From Ignavibacteria bacterium (lineage in GTDB: Bacteria; Bacteroidota; Ignavibacteria; Tepidaquicellales; OLB5): a stretch of 63,319 nucleotides of DNA. The notes beneath the pieces are model-generated. The model ran no database searches. It was not told where the DNA came from and worked only from the letters and a program-made list of their open reading frames with translations. Made by a program: the position numbers and the translations under genes. The stretch's first letter is position 1, and the number at the start of each line of letters is the position of its first letter. The stretch is taken from NCBI GenBank assembly GCA_025451455.1, contig JANWKI010000133.1, forward strand, positions 1 through 63,319, in the 5' to 3' direction. Positions 1 through 10,295 of this stretch are shown here, piece after piece.

Positions 1-1143
1 GATAAAATTCACACTGTACATACAACTCATGGCAGGTCAACCGGGTTTGCTACCGGCATTGCGGTGGCTGATAAAGTACTTGCTGAAAAGCGCCTGAAGA
101 CAATTGTGCTCATTGGTGACGGTGGCTCAATGATCGGGTTGCTGCATATTGTAAATGCTGCACTCATGAACACTGACCTGACTGTTATTGTTGCAAATAA
201 TTTCCTTTTCGGAATGACAGGCGGCCAGCAGTCATCACTTACCCCTGAACATTTTGTAACCATTACAACTCCTTTCGGAAGCATGAACCCACCGCTTGAT
301 ATCTGCAAGATAGCAGAAGCTTCAAAAGGCGGATTTATTGCAAGGAAAACCTCAACTGATAAAGACCTGACGGATACTATGGCAAGGGCAATTTCTCATG
401 ATGGATTTGCTTTAATAGAAGTTCTTGAACTTTGCACTGAGCATGGAACAAAAAGAAATGACCTTAAGGGTAACATGCTTGCAAAACTGGCTGAAATAGA
501 AGGACATATGACAGGAATGCTGAAAGAGAGCAATGAGAGGCAGGAGTTCAGCCTGAAATATGCTGAGGCAGTGGAGAGCCATGTAGGTGAAATGAAACCA
601 CAGGAATATATCTTTCCATCAAATAATCATAATCTAAAACACCCAGCCGGAATAATTATTTCAGGCAGTGCGGGAGAAAAAGTGCAGTCCTCTGCGGGAT
701 TTTTGTGTCAGGCTGCAGCAAGCAGCGGTTTAACTGTAACGCAAAAGAATGACAATCCGGTTACACAGGGTTCGGGATTTTCTCTTTCGGAAGTTATTAT
801 TAGTCCGGATGAGATAAACTATACCGGAGTAAGCGAAGCTGATTTTGTTATTATCGTTTCGGAAGACGGATTGAAGGAACTGAAAAGTCAGGATATTTAC
901 AGCAGATTGAAGAAAGAAACAGTATTCATAATTGATGAGAGCATCCGGCTCGATAGAACAGGACTGAATATCGTATCTCTTCCGCTCAGGAAATTATGCG
1001 GCGCTGATAAAGCCTGCCTTGGAGCAGTTGATTATTATGTTCGGAAGTACAAACCTTTTGAACATGACGCATTCAGAGGGGTAATTGAAAAGAAGTTAGG
1101 TGAATACGGCAAAATATTCAAAAGTGAATATTATGATATCTGA
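1..1143 (+). CDS. 2-oxoacid:ferredoxin oxidoreductase, TPP-binding beta subunit fused to a gamma-like domain (5' end cut by the window)
   Basis: Frame 1 is open from base 1 (DKIHTVHTTHGRSTGFATGIAVADK...), so the listed start at 64 is internal. TPP-binding signature GDGGSMIGLLHIVNAA...NNFLFGMTGGQ. C-terminal half (GIIISGSAGEKVQSSAGFL...GSGFSLSEVIIS) resembles the POR/KOR gamma domain. Confidence 0.75.
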   Translation, partial: DKIHTVHTTHGRSTGFATGIAVADKVLAEKRLKTIVLIGDGGSMIGLLHIVNAALMNTDLTVIVANNFLFGMTGGQQSSLTPEHFVTITTPFGSMNPPLDICKIAEASKGGFIARKTSTDKDLTDTMARAISHDGFALIEVLELCTEHGTKRNDLKGNMLAKLAEIEGHMTGMLKESNERQEFSLKYAEAVESHVGEMKPQEYIFPSNNHNLKHPAGIIISGSAGEKVQSSAGFLCQAAASSGLTVTQKNDNPVTQGSGFSLSEVIISPDEINYTGVSEADFVIIVSEDGLKELKSQDIYSRLKKETVFIIDESIRLDRTGLNIVSLPLRKLCGADKACLGAVDYYVRKYKPFEHDAFRGVIEKKLGEYGKIFKSEYYDI

Positions 1144-1156
1144 TCAAAGTTCCATA

Positions 1157-1672
1157 TTAAACTAAACTGATCCCGTTTACTTTGAGTATCCAAGATATCT
1201 GGCCAATATGCATTGGTTCATGACGAATGGCATGCATAATAACAGTCTCCTTGGTTTTTTGCCCGCCAAAATTAGCCTCAATATTATTTTCTGCATCAAG
1301 CTGCTCATCACTCATGCTGTTTAATATTTCAATTGCTCTTTTATGTACCTCATCAAGCTTTGCCAGTACTTCATCAATTGCAGGTCCGTTATTTATATCA
1401 TCAACCGAGGTGCCGATTGCATAATCATTCAGCCATTCAATTCCCATGCTTTCTCCCCCGATACCTTCGATTATCAGAAAATGCTCAGTCCACACTAAAT
1501 GGGCGATAAGCCAATATGCACTGTTGAGCTTAATACCATCAATTTCATATTGTTTCTTGTAATCGAGTCCCTGCATTTTTGACAGGTAAAACTTAGTGAG
1601 GTTTCTCACCATTTCATAATTCTTCAATAATGTCTGGATCCTGATATTATCCGGCATGTTAATAACCCCCAT
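1157..1672 (-). CDS. DinB/YfiT-like metal-dependent protein
   Basis: DinB-family pattern with spaced histidines (HLVWTEHFL ... HAIRHEPMHIGQI). The ORF-track start at 1687 is GTG. In-frame ATGs lie at 1672 and 1657, so the start is uncertain. Confidence 0.6.
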   Translation of the reverse strand: MGVINMPDNIRIQTLLKNYEMVRNLTKFYLSKMQGLDYKKQYEIDGIKLNSAYWLIAHLVWTEHFLIIEGIGGESMGIEWLNDYAIGTSVDDINNGPAIDEVLAKLDEVHKRAIEILNSMSDEQLDAENNIEANFGGQKTKETVIMHAIRHEPMHIGQISWILKVNGISLV

Positions 1673-1774
1673 AGATTGAATAACCACAGTTCATTTGCTG
1701 AGGTTTCAAAAATTTTCTGCTTATTGAATTGGGGGATTAATTTAATAAAAATTTGCGGAAAATGAAACGTATCA

Positions 1775-3184
1775 TCAGGATTTCAGGTCCAGCCTCACAA
1801 CATTTTCTATATGGAATGTATGGGGGAACATATCAACCGGCTGAATAGCTGTTATTTCGTATTTTGGAGCAAGAAGCATAAGATCTCTTGCCTGCGTACC
1901 GGGACTACATGATACATAAATGATCTTTTTCGGCCCATACGCCAGTATGTATTCGGCAGCTTTTGGGTGAATACCGCTCCTTGGCGGGTCTAGAATGAAT
2001 GTATTCCATTTATGTGTGGATTTGTCAATATGATTTTGGAGAAAATCCTTAACATCACTTGTTTCAAATTCACAATTGCGCACGTTATTCAAAGCAGCAT
2101 TTTCCTTCGCCATTTCAACTGAATCTATTCCGAGTTCAACACCATAAACTTTATTTACATAACCTGATATGTAGAGAGAAATTGCTCCGCACCCGCAATA
2201 CAGATCCAAAACATTTTCATTCTTTTCAAATTTTGCAAATTCAACTACTTTCTGAAAAAGCTTATCGCATTGACCAGAGTTTGTCTGAAAAAATGTGCCG
2301 GGCATGACTTTGAAACTGTAATTACCGATCATTTCTTCGATGAAGCCTTTTCCGAATATTGTGTTCGATATTTCAAACTGCGCAACCTGTGCTTTTGAAG
2401 TGGAAATAGAATTTATCAAAGTGGTAATTTCTGGAACTTCTTTCTTGAGTGTTTCAGCATACTTTTCAATTAACCCCCGGTCATCTTCAAATGTAATTAA
2501 ATTCACCATAAGGTCATTTGTTTTTGCAGATTGCCGGATGACAAGATATCTCAGGAATCCTGTGCCGGTTTTTGTAGAGTATACCGATATGTTTCGTGAT
2601 TTAAAAAATTCCCTCGTGCAATTAAGGATCCTGTTTGAGATGTCAGATTGCAGGCAGCATTCATTAATATCAAGTATCTTCTCATAAAAACCGGGAATAT
2701 GGTAACCGAGTGCAAATGAACGGTCAGCATTTTCGTTATTCATATCTTCTTCTGTAAGCCACCGGTCCGCTGAAAAAGAGAACTCCAGCTTATTTCTGTA
2801 ATAGTATATATTTGCTGAGCCGATCACATCCGGAATGTCGATTCCCGTAAACCCTCCTATCCTTTCATATGAATTCTTTACAATATTTTTCTTTATCTTC
2901 AGCTGGGTTTTGTATTCAATATTCTGCATCTTACACCCGTTGCAGGTTCCAAAGTACCTGCACTCCGGAACAACCCTGCTAGCCGAAGGTTCTGTTATTT
3001 CAACCAGTTTTGCCTCAGAGTAGTTTTTTTTTGTTTTCCTTATCTTAGCTTTAACTATATCTCCGGGTACTGTTTTAGGCACAAAAACGACAAATTCTCC
3101 GTTAATTCTGCCAATTCCATTGCCTTCAGAGCCAATATCTTCTATTTTTAGCTCAAAGATCTCGTCTCTTTTGGGTCTATCCAT
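1775..3184 (-). CDS. rlmD: 23S rRNA (uracil-5)-methyltransferase, RumA/RlmD family
   Basis: N-terminal TRAM-like domain, Fe-S cysteine cluster (CRYFGTCNGCKMQ) and a class I SAM methyltransferase core (VLDLYCGCGAISL ... DPPRSG ... YVSCSP). Confidence 0.8.
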   Translation of the reverse strand: MDRPKRDEIFELKIEDIGSEGNGIGRINGEFVVFVPKTVPGDIVKAKIRKTKKNYSEAKLVEITEPSASRVVPECRYFGTCNGCKMQNIEYKTQLKIKKNIVKNSYERIGGFTGIDIPDVIGSANIYYYRNKLEFSFSADRWLTEEDMNNENADRSFALGYHIPGFYEKILDINECCLQSDISNRILNCTREFFKSRNISVYSTKTGTGFLRYLVIRQSAKTNDLMVNLITFEDDRGLIEKYAETLKKEVPEITTLINSISTSKAQVAQFEISNTIFGKGFIEEMIGNYSFKVMPGTFFQTNSGQCDKLFQKVVEFAKFEKNENVLDLYCGCGAISLYISGYVNKVYGVELGIDSVEMAKENAALNNVRNCEFETSDVKDFLQNHIDKSTHKWNTFILDPPRSGIHPKAAEYILAYGPKKIIYVSCSPGTQARDLMLLAPKYEITAIQPVDMFPHTFHIENVVRLDLKS

Positions 3185-3267
3185 TAATATTAACTTTAAT
3201 TAAAATTCTTATTTTGTTATTATATACAAATATAATTATAATACGGCGATAAATAAATTATTTATTT

Positions 3268-4236
3268 GTGAAAAACAGATCAATTGCAGATGCAAAGCGT
3301 GTCATACAGATAGAACGAAAGGCTTTAAGTGTACTCGAGCGAAGATTAAACGGAAGTTTTTCAGATGCAGTAGATATAATTTATAAATGCAAAGGCAGGG
3401 TAATTGTTACCGGTATAGGGAAGTCAGGAATTATTGCCCAAAAGATCGTTGCAACTTTAAACTCAACGGGAACCCCTTCAATTTTTCTTCATTCAGCCGA
3501 TTCAGTTCATGGTGACCTTGGTATAATTCAAAGAGGAGATGTTGTAATTTGTATTTCAAAATCTGGCGATACTTTTGAACTCATACAATTGCTTCTTGCT
3601 ATAAACCAGTTTGGGGTAAAAGTAATATCAATTGTCGGAGACGCTGATTCAAAGCTGAAGGAACTCTCTGATGTTATCATTGATGTTTCGATCGAACAGG
3701 AAGCCTGCCCGTACAACCTTGCACCAACAACTTCAACTACAGCTGCACTTGTTATGGGAGACGCGATTGCAATTGCTCTTTTAAAAAAGAAAGATTTCAC
3801 AAAAGAGGAATTTGCAATGCTGCACCCCGGCGGCATCCTTGGAAAAAAATTGCTTCTGAGAGTTAGTGATCTGATGATAAGCAGCACTTCGATTCCCAAG
3901 GTAAAAGAAAATGCACTCTTTAAAGATGTAGTATTTGAGATATCTTCAAAAAGGCTGGGCTGCACCTGTGTTGTTGATAAGACAGGGAGATTAAAGGGAA
4001 TTATCACTGATGGTGATATAAGGAGAACACTTCAGAATTTTGAAAACATTACTGCCATTAAAGCAAAGGATATTATGAATAAGACTCCAAAACTGGTAAA
4101 TGAGAATATGCTGGGAGAAACTGCTCTTGAACTTATGGAAAAATATACAATTACACAGCTTATTATAACTGACAGAAAAAAAATTCCCACCGGGGTTGTA
4201 CATATGCACGATCTTGTTAAAGCTGGCCTGGGATAA
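3268..4236 (+). CDS. kdsD: arabinose-5-phosphate isomerase (SIS domain plus tandem CBS), KdsD/KpsF family
   Basis: SIS motif VTGIGKSGIIAQKIVATLNSTGTPSIFLH followed by two CBS-like repeats. GTG start. Followed by lptC/OstA-like genes. Confidence 0.85.
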   Translation: MKNRSIADAKRVIQIERKALSVLERRLNGSFSDAVDIIYKCKGRVIVTGIGKSGIIAQKIVATLNSTGTPSIFLHSADSVHGDLGIIQRGDVVICISKSGDTFELIQLLLAINQFGVKVISIVGDADSKLKELSDVIIDVSIEQEACPYNLAPTTSTTAALVMGDAIAIALLKKKDFTKEEFAMLHPGGILGKKLLLRVSDLMISSTSIPKVKENALFKDVVFEISSKRLGCTCVVDKTGRLKGIITDGDIRRTLQNFENITAIKAKDIMNKTPKLVNENMLGETALELMEKYTITQLIITDRKKIPTGVVHMHDLVKAGLG

Positions 4237-4255
4237 CCGCATTAGGCAATCAATA

Positions 4256-4819
4256 ATGAATAGTGGATTGAGAGTAAGAACTTTGAAAAGTTTTTTTTAT
4301 TATTTATTACTCATTATTCATATTATGTTTTATTCTGCCTGCAGCAATGATAAGGTCGAGCCCCCGAAAACAGATATTACAGCTTCCGACAGCATACCTT
4401 CGCAGGAAAGCTTCAACTCAAAAGTAACATTTTCAGATTCCGGGAAAGTAAAGGCGATCCTTGAAGCGGGAAGGATAAGGGTTTTCAGTAAATCCAATTA
4501 CACAATTATAGACAGCAATGCAAAGGTGGATTTTTATAAAAACGGAGTGTTCAGTTCAACCCTGACAGGTAAAAGAGGAAAGATATATGACGCTACTAAA
4601 GATGTTGAGGTTTTTGATAGTGTCAGAATGGTTTCAGATGATGGCTCTGTATTGACCACAAATAAGCTTTACTGGGTTAATAAGACACAGAAAATAAAAT
4701 CCGATGACTTTGTACACATAACAACTAAGAATGAAGATATCAGGGGTTACGGATTTGAAGCGGATCAGAATCTTAAGAACTATGTGATCTACAAGGTTAG
4801 CGGAGAAATGCAGAAATAA
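4256..4819 (+). CDS. lptC: LptC-like periplasmic LPS export protein
   Basis: Signal/anchor segment then a beta-jellyroll-like sequence (KVTFSDSGKVKAILEAGRIRVF...). Sits between kdsD and an OstA-like gene. I use the ATG at 4256 because the ORF-track start at 4196 overlaps kdsD. Confidence 0.55.
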   Translation: MNSGLRVRTLKSFFYYLLLIIHIMFYSACSNDKVEPPKTDITASDSIPSQESFNSKVTFSDSGKVKAILEAGRIRVFSKSNYTIIDSNAKVDFYKNGVFSSTLTGKRGKIYDATKDVEVFDSVRMVSDDGSVLTTNKLYWVNKTQKIKSDDFVHITTKNEDIRGYGFEADQNLKNYVIYKVSGEMQK

Positions 4820-4824
4820 ACCTG

Positions 4825-6252
4825 ATGAATCAGCCCAAATATCAAATATCATTCTTAGGCATCTTTTTTCTTAGCCTCTTTATTACCAGTGCAATTTTCG
4901 GACAGGATAAGATAACCCTCAATTATGCCGACAGCCTTGTTGGTAAGAGTATCAACGGTGAGCAGGTCAGGGAAGCAATTGGGAATGTTTCGCTCACACA
5001 TAATAATGTGAAAATAACCTGTAACCGGGTTGTTCAGTTTTTTGACCAGAACAGGGCAGAGCTTTACGGCAATGTAAAAGTTGTCCAGGATACTCTCACA
5101 ATTCTTGCACCTGCAGGTACTTATTTCGGAAATGAATCAAAGGTTGTTTGCCCGAGTGGAGCTACATTAATCGATCCTAAATCGACCCTAAAGGCAAATT
5201 ATGGTGTTTATTTATTTAACCAGGATCTTGCAAACTTCCGGGGAAATGTGAGGATAACTGACGACAGATCATATACAATAATATCGGATGAGCTTGATTA
5301 TTACCGTTCCGTTCAGAAATCCTATGCCCGCGGGAATGTTAAAGTTGTAAGTGATTCATCAATAATATATTCTGATAATCTTGTATATGAAAAGTTAATA
5401 GGTATATCTACTGCAACCGGAAATGTAAAGATAGAAAGCGATTCTACGATAGTTACATCCGGTAAAGCAACTTATTTTGACTATGAAAAAAAATCAATTG
5501 CAGAGGAAAATGTCAGAATAAATTTTCTGAATAAAAATGCAAATGTATACGGAAATTATGCGGAGAATTACGAAAAGAAAAATTATTCTCTTGTAAAAGG
5601 AAATGCCAGGCTGATACAGATAGAATCAGGCGACGGTAAAGCGGATACAACTTTTATATCGAGTGAGCTCATGGAATCATTCAGGAATAAACCGGAACAT
5701 TATATTGCCAGAGATAGTGTAAGGGTAATACGAAATGACTTTCTCTCGAGTTCGGATGCTGCATATTATTTTATTAATGAAACAGGTAAGGGCGGAGTGA
5801 TATCGCTTGCAAAAGACCCCGTCGTGTGGAAAGAGGAGCTGCAGGTAACCGGTGATTCAATTTATGCTTTTTTCCGGGATGATATTGATGATATATATGT
5901 TAATAAATCTGCCTTTGCTTTTCAGTCAAATACAGCAGTTGAGGGAAGATATGACCAGATTTCGGGTATATTTATGCACATTGGTTTTTTGCAAAATGAA
6001 ATTAATTACATACAGGTAGATACAAATGCTGCAAGCATTTATTTTGTTTATGATAGCCAGAGGCCAAATGGAGCAAACAGATCTGACGGGGAAGTCATTA
6101 AACTGTACTTTAAACTAAAGAAAGTTGATGCTGTGAAAGTATACGGTAAACCAAAAGGCACATACTTTCCTGAGAATCTGGTGAATCCTTCCGAATTACT
6201 GTTACTTGGATTCAGGATTAGGACCAATAAACCTGTTCGTTTTATAAAATGA
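4825..6252 (+). CDS. OstA/LptA-like repeat protein (secreted)
   Basis: Signal peptide followed by repeated OstA_N-like segments (GNVSLTHNNVKITCNRV..., GNVKVVQDT..., GNVRITDD..., GNVKVVSDS..., GNVKIESDS...). Lies in the kdsD-lptC context. Confidence 0.6.
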   Translation: MNQPKYQISFLGIFFLSLFITSAIFGQDKITLNYADSLVGKSINGEQVREAIGNVSLTHNNVKITCNRVVQFFDQNRAELYGNVKVVQDTLTILAPAGTYFGNESKVVCPSGATLIDPKSTLKANYGVYLFNQDLANFRGNVRITDDRSYTIISDELDYYRSVQKSYARGNVKVVSDSSIIYSDNLVYEKLIGISTATGNVKIESDSTIVTSGKATYFDYEKKSIAEENVRINFLNKNANVYGNYAENYEKKNYSLVKGNARLIQIESGDGKADTTFISSELMESFRNKPEHYIARDSVRVIRNDFLSSSDAAYYFINETGKGGVISLAKDPVVWKEELQVTGDSIYAFFRDDIDDIYVNKSAFAFQSNTAVEGRYDQISGIFMHIGFLQNEINYIQVDTNAASIYFVYDSQRPNGANRSDGEVIKLYFKLKKVDAVKVYGKPKGTYFPENLVNPSELLLLGFRIRTNKPVRFIK

Positions 6253-6564
6253 CGGTTTTTTTGTGACAACTGTTTTTGAAAATAAGTTGAAAAATTTGCA
6301 TGTTATTACACTTTTGAAGTGTTGTCAGAAAACAGGTTTTCACTCTATTTGACGATAATAAATAAATTATTATATTAGAGCAGTTAGCATGCAGGTTTAA
6401 AGTAAAGATTTACATAATTGATTTGCCGATAGATTGAATAATACATCAACCGATAGGCAGTACTTCATAATACGTTTCATAAAAAGTCATTTCTTGTACT
6501 ATTGCTTAATTCTGCGGAATAATGTATTTTTATTCGGTTTAGAGTCCCCAATTAAGAAAATAAC

Positions 6565-6837
6565 ATGAACACAATAGATCTAATTAATAAACTTTCTATA
6601 GAACATAACATTACGACCGGAAGGGCTGAAATGATTCTTAGCATTATTGTTGATAGGCTCATTGAGAAGCTTAAAAAAGAGGGGGAAGTGCAGATAGAAA
6701 ATTTTGGAACATTCAGTATTCAGCAGAAAAAGGCAGAAGTAAGTTCTTTTTTGAAACTCAGTGAACCGATTCAGTTAGCGAAAAATCTCATAACTTTTTT
6801 ACCTGACAGGGTTTTCCTGGAGAGAATAAACCGGTAA
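6565..6837 (+). CDS. HU/IHF-like DNA-binding protein
   Basis: 90 aa with an HU-fold pattern (LINKLS...ITTGRAEMILSIIVDRLIEKLKKEGEVQIENFGTFSI). Confidence 0.65.
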   Translation: MNTIDLINKLSIEHNITTGRAEMILSIIVDRLIEKLKKEGEVQIENFGTFSIQQKKAEVSSFLKLSEPIQLAKNLITFLPDRVFLERINR

Positions 6838-6871
6838 TGAGGATTTACTCAGTAATTAAATTTGGGATATA

Positions 6872-8605
6872 ATGAAGCAGGAGATAGTAGAAAAAATATG
6901 TAAGTATTTTAATCTCACAGACTTTGAGGCGGAAGAAATATATGATGATATATTTTCCGGCATCATTAACGGGGTAAAAGAAGATAATATTGCTGTTATA
7001 TCTAATCTGGGAGAGTTTATTATCAAGTTTAATACCGGTGAGAGTTCGGAAAAAAAGACTGTTGAGTTTTTGCCTACTTTAATCCTTGAAGAAGAGATAA
7101 ACCAGCGTTCATTTGACGAATCCCGTACTTTTGAACCTTCAGAATTTATTAACCGGATAAACGAGTCCGCTGATGAAACAACTCCGACTATAGAAACAAT
7201 AGCTCCTGAAGATAAACCCATAAATAAGCCTGTTCCCAAACTGTTTGAAGAAATTTCAGCAGTAGAGAAAATGCATAGTGAAAGTATAATTGAAGATGAC
7301 AGGTCTGCAGTTGAAGAAGATATCAGAAAAAAAAGAGAAAGCATATTGAGCAAGATCATTACTCCGTCAGAGCAGCAGAAGACTTCGGCAGATTTACCGG
7401 AAACCGGTGAATCAACAATATTCCCGAGAATTGCTGCGCCTGATTTTATGAGCGAAAAGGGAAATTTCATAAGTAACGAAGAGACAATAAACAGTAAAAC
7501 TGAGAGTGAAAAGGAAAATATTGAGGATTTAAACAAGAGTGTTGGTGATAATTCTGAGAGTACCCAGGAAATAATTTCTTCTGAAGAGAATAAACCGGGA
7601 TCGTTCTCTGATTTCTTTACTGAAGTGAATGAAAAGGAAAAGTCAGTAAGTGATTCATTTAATAAGACTAATTTGCCGCCGGTCGAAAGTGTTATCCCTC
7701 CATCTGCTGTAGAACTGCATAATCAGATAACAGGAGAAGAAAACAAAACCTTTAATTACCAGTCTGCGGTGAGTGAGCCGGTGATAAAAAATGGCAATGG
7801 AAGCGATATTGTTACAGAAATAGGTAATGGAGATGTCTATGACGATAAGACCGCAGATAATTCGTATTACATATGGTACAAGGATAGCGAACCAAATACA
7901 AATGATACTCAGACAATGTCTTATGAATATGAACTGTTGTACCAGGCTACCAAAGAAGCTGAATACAAATCCAAACTCAGGATTTATGTAACAACTTTTA
8001 TTTTGTTTTTCTCTGTTGTACTGGTTTTACTTATATTCTCTCCGGTGATTTATAAGTATTTCTTCACCCCACGCGAAACTGATCAGAATACAGAACAGGT
8101 ACAGGAAGAGACGGGAGTGCTTAACGAATCTACAGGACCAAGTACCGAAAATCAGGCTTCAGTTAATTCGCTTAAAGATAGTAACCAGAGCAATGCAAAT
8201 GTAACTGCTGCTACGGATTCCAATTCGAAGGTTAACACAAATTCAACTCAGCAGGAACAGCCAAAACAGGATGAACAGAAGAAAGATCAGCAGCCCGTTG
8301 AACAGAATACTATTGCCGGAGTTACAAAAAGCGGAAATTTATGGAAAGACGATGCCAATGGAGTTGTATATTTACAACTGGAAAACGGGAAGTTTACGAT
8401 TCAGGAATCTGCATGGGATTCAGATGCAAAGGCCAGTAACCGGCTGAGTATTGTAGAAAAGAAAGTCCCCGGTCTCAAAGGCAGTGTTGTAAAAGTGGAT
8501 CTTGGTTCAAAAGGCATCTGGTACAGGGCTATGTTCGGAGAATTCACAACTCTTCAGGAAGCTAAATCCAAAGCAGATGAGCTGAAATCAGTAAAGAATA
8601 AATGA
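6872..8605 (+). CDS. HU-like N-terminal domain, long acidic low-complexity linker, one TM segment and a C-terminal SPOR domain
   Basis: The N-terminus resembles HU (IVEKICKYFNLTDFEAEEIYDDIFSGIINGVKEDNIAVISNLGEFII). TM segment at LRIYVTTFILFFSVVLVLLIFSPVIY. The C-terminus is SPOR-like (GKFTIQESAWDSDAKASNRLSIVEKKVPGLKGSVVKVDLGSKGIWYRAMFGEFTTLQEAKSKADELK). Confidence 0.65.
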   Translation: MKQEIVEKICKYFNLTDFEAEEIYDDIFSGIINGVKEDNIAVISNLGEFIIKFNTGESSEKKTVEFLPTLILEEEINQRSFDESRTFEPSEFINRINESADETTPTIETIAPEDKPINKPVPKLFEEISAVEKMHSESIIEDDRSAVEEDIRKKRESILSKIITPSEQQKTSADLPETGESTIFPRIAAPDFMSEKGNFISNEETINSKTESEKENIEDLNKSVGDNSESTQEIISSEENKPGSFSDFFTEVNEKEKSVSDSFNKTNLPPVESVIPPSAVELHNQITGEENKTFNYQSAVSEPVIKNGNGSDIVTEIGNGDVYDDKTADNSYYIWYKDSEPNTNDTQTMSYEYELLYQATKEAEYKSKLRIYVTTFILFFSVVLVLLIFSPVIYKYFFTPRETDQNTEQVQEETGVLNESTGPSTENQASVNSLKDSNQSNANVTAATDSNSKVNTNSTQQEQPKQDEQKKDQQPVEQNTIAGVTKSGNLWKDDANGVVYLQLENGKFTIQESAWDSDAKASNRLSIVEKKVPGLKGSVVKVDLGSKGIWYRAMFGEFTTLQEAKSKADELKSVKNK

Positions 8606-8609
8606 AGTG

Positions 8610-10295
8610 TCAGGCTTTCCCCCTGAGAATTTTTCTGAGTGCATAATTAACAATGCAGGCAGCAAGGCATAACAGCCCCGCATAAAAGCTTATCCTTCCG
8701 ATAATATCGCCATTAACAGCGAAAAACGTTTTCTCAGTATTTGCAATGATAGTTCTGTCAATAACACCTTCAGTACCGTAAGGGATCCTGTCGTAAACAT
8801 TTCCTAAGGGATCAATATAACAGGATATACCTGTCTGGGCACATCTTGCTATCCATTTCCGGTTTTCAATTGCTCTTAAGACAGCATAGCGTTCATGCTG
8901 AATTGGTCCTGATGTATGTCCAAACCAGCCGTCATTTGTAACAATAACCAAAAACTCCGCCCCGTCTCTTGTACCTTCCCTCACAAAATCACTGAAAACT
9001 GATTCAAAACATATAAGGACAGAAAATTTTGTATCAATATTCATTTCTCTGTTTTTCAAAGTAAAAACTGTCATTTCTTTGCCGAATTGCCAGCCGCTTA
9101 ATCCAACTCCCCAGGTGAACCAGTCTTTCAAAAATTTCAAGTATTCCTGGTAAGGTACCCTTTCGCTAAAAGGAACAAGTTTCGCTTTCTTATGAATAAC
9201 AGATTCTCTTAAGTTCTTGTGAGGTTCCAGCAATATAGCAGCGTTATATGTATCATACAATCTTCCTGAACCCATCATCCTTTTTGCATCTCTTGGAGCA
9301 AGTGACGTATCTTTGTAATATTCCAGATGCGGTATACCCATTAAAAGATATTTTCCGCTTGAATCAACAAAATCAGTGAAGATCTTTGTTTTAAGCCCGT
9401 TATAATCTTCCAGAAAATAATAAGGCGGTGCAGTTTCATGGAGAACCAGCATATCCGGGTTATATTTCAATCCTTCATGCAGCTTATCAATATATGAGCC
9501 TATAGTCTTTTCCTGCCCGTTCTTTTCCCATTTCTTAAATGGATCTGTATTTGATTGAGCTAAACAGATGTTGATTATTTTTGAAGAATCATTACTCTGG
9601 AAGTACTCAGTATTATCCTTATTCAACCTGTTGAATGAATAGAAATTAGGCAGTAATAATGTTAATAATAAGATTGCATAAGTTATTATTGCACCTTTTG
9701 AAGTAATTTGCCATTTTCTTGCGGATATTTTATCCAAAAGAAAATACAGTATTGCAGATACAATACATATCAGAAACGATACTCCGTGAACGCCGGTATA
9801 TTCTATGTACTGGATCCTGTTTAAGTTATAAGTTTCTGAGTTGCCAAGCTCTAACCACGGAAAAGTCAATTGCCATTGATTGTGAAAAAACTCAAACCCT
9901 ACCCAGATAAATGGAAAGAGAATTAAAGCCAGCTGCTTTCCGGATTCATCCTTCCTTATCCTGGAAATACCAAATAAGATCAAAACAGGTATCATAAAGA
10001 ATAAGGGATGGACAAGCACGGTTGCAACACCGCCAATTTTCAGGAAAATATCGTCGCTATGCCACCCTGAGATCCAATAAACAGTAATTTCATTGAATAT
10101 CAAAATTGCCAAATATGCCCTGCCAAATACCTGCCTCGCTCTTCCGGAATCAAAGATCAGGTAAAGCAGTATCACCATTCCAAAATAAACAAAATACCAG
10201 GTATGGAAAGGCGGAAAGGATAATCCAAGTAAAACTCCGCTTAATAAACAAAGCAATAATGTCCGGAGTTTTTTATTTTGAAAAATAGCTTTCAA
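8610..10295 (-). CDS. lnt: apolipoprotein N-acyltransferase
   Basis: Multi-TM N-terminal half and a C-terminal CN-hydrolase domain (VLICFESVF...IVTNDGWFG). The TTG start overlaps the ispF stop in the sequence TTGA. Confidence 0.8.
   Translation of the reverse strand: MKAIFQNKKLRTLLLCLLSGVLLGLSFPPFHTWYFVYFGMVILLYLIFDSGRARQVFGRAYLAILIFNEITVYWISGWHSDDIFLKIGGVATVLVHPLFFMIPVLILFGISRIRKDESGKQLALILFPFIWVGFEFFHNQWQLTFPWLELGNSETYNLNRIQYIEYTGVHGVSFLICIVSAILYFLLDKISARKWQITSKGAIITYAILLLTLLLPNFYSFNRLNKDNTEYFQSNDSSKIINICLAQSNTDPFKKWEKNGQEKTIGSYIDKLHEGLKYNPDMLVLHETAPPYYFLEDYNGLKTKIFTDFVDSSGKYLLMGIPHLEYYKDTSLAPRDAKRMMGSGRLYDTYNAAILLEPHKNLRESVIHKKAKLVPFSERVPYQEYLKFLKDWFTWGVGLSGWQFGKEMTVFTLKNREMNIDTKFSVLICFESVFSDFVREGTRDGAEFLVIVTNDGWFGHTSGPIQHERYAVLRAIENRKWIARCAQTGISCYIDPLGNVYDRIPYGTEGVIDRTIIANTEKTFFAVNGDIIGRISFYAGLLCLAACIVNYALRKILRGKA

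Noticed and set aside
6264-6327. TGACAAC ... GTTGTCA inverted repeat upstream of the HU-like gene, containing the same half-site letters as the UAS
   Set aside because: The arms are ~50 nt apart rather than 4, and no TGGCA-N5-TTG element follows. It is probably a coincidental or unrelated stem.
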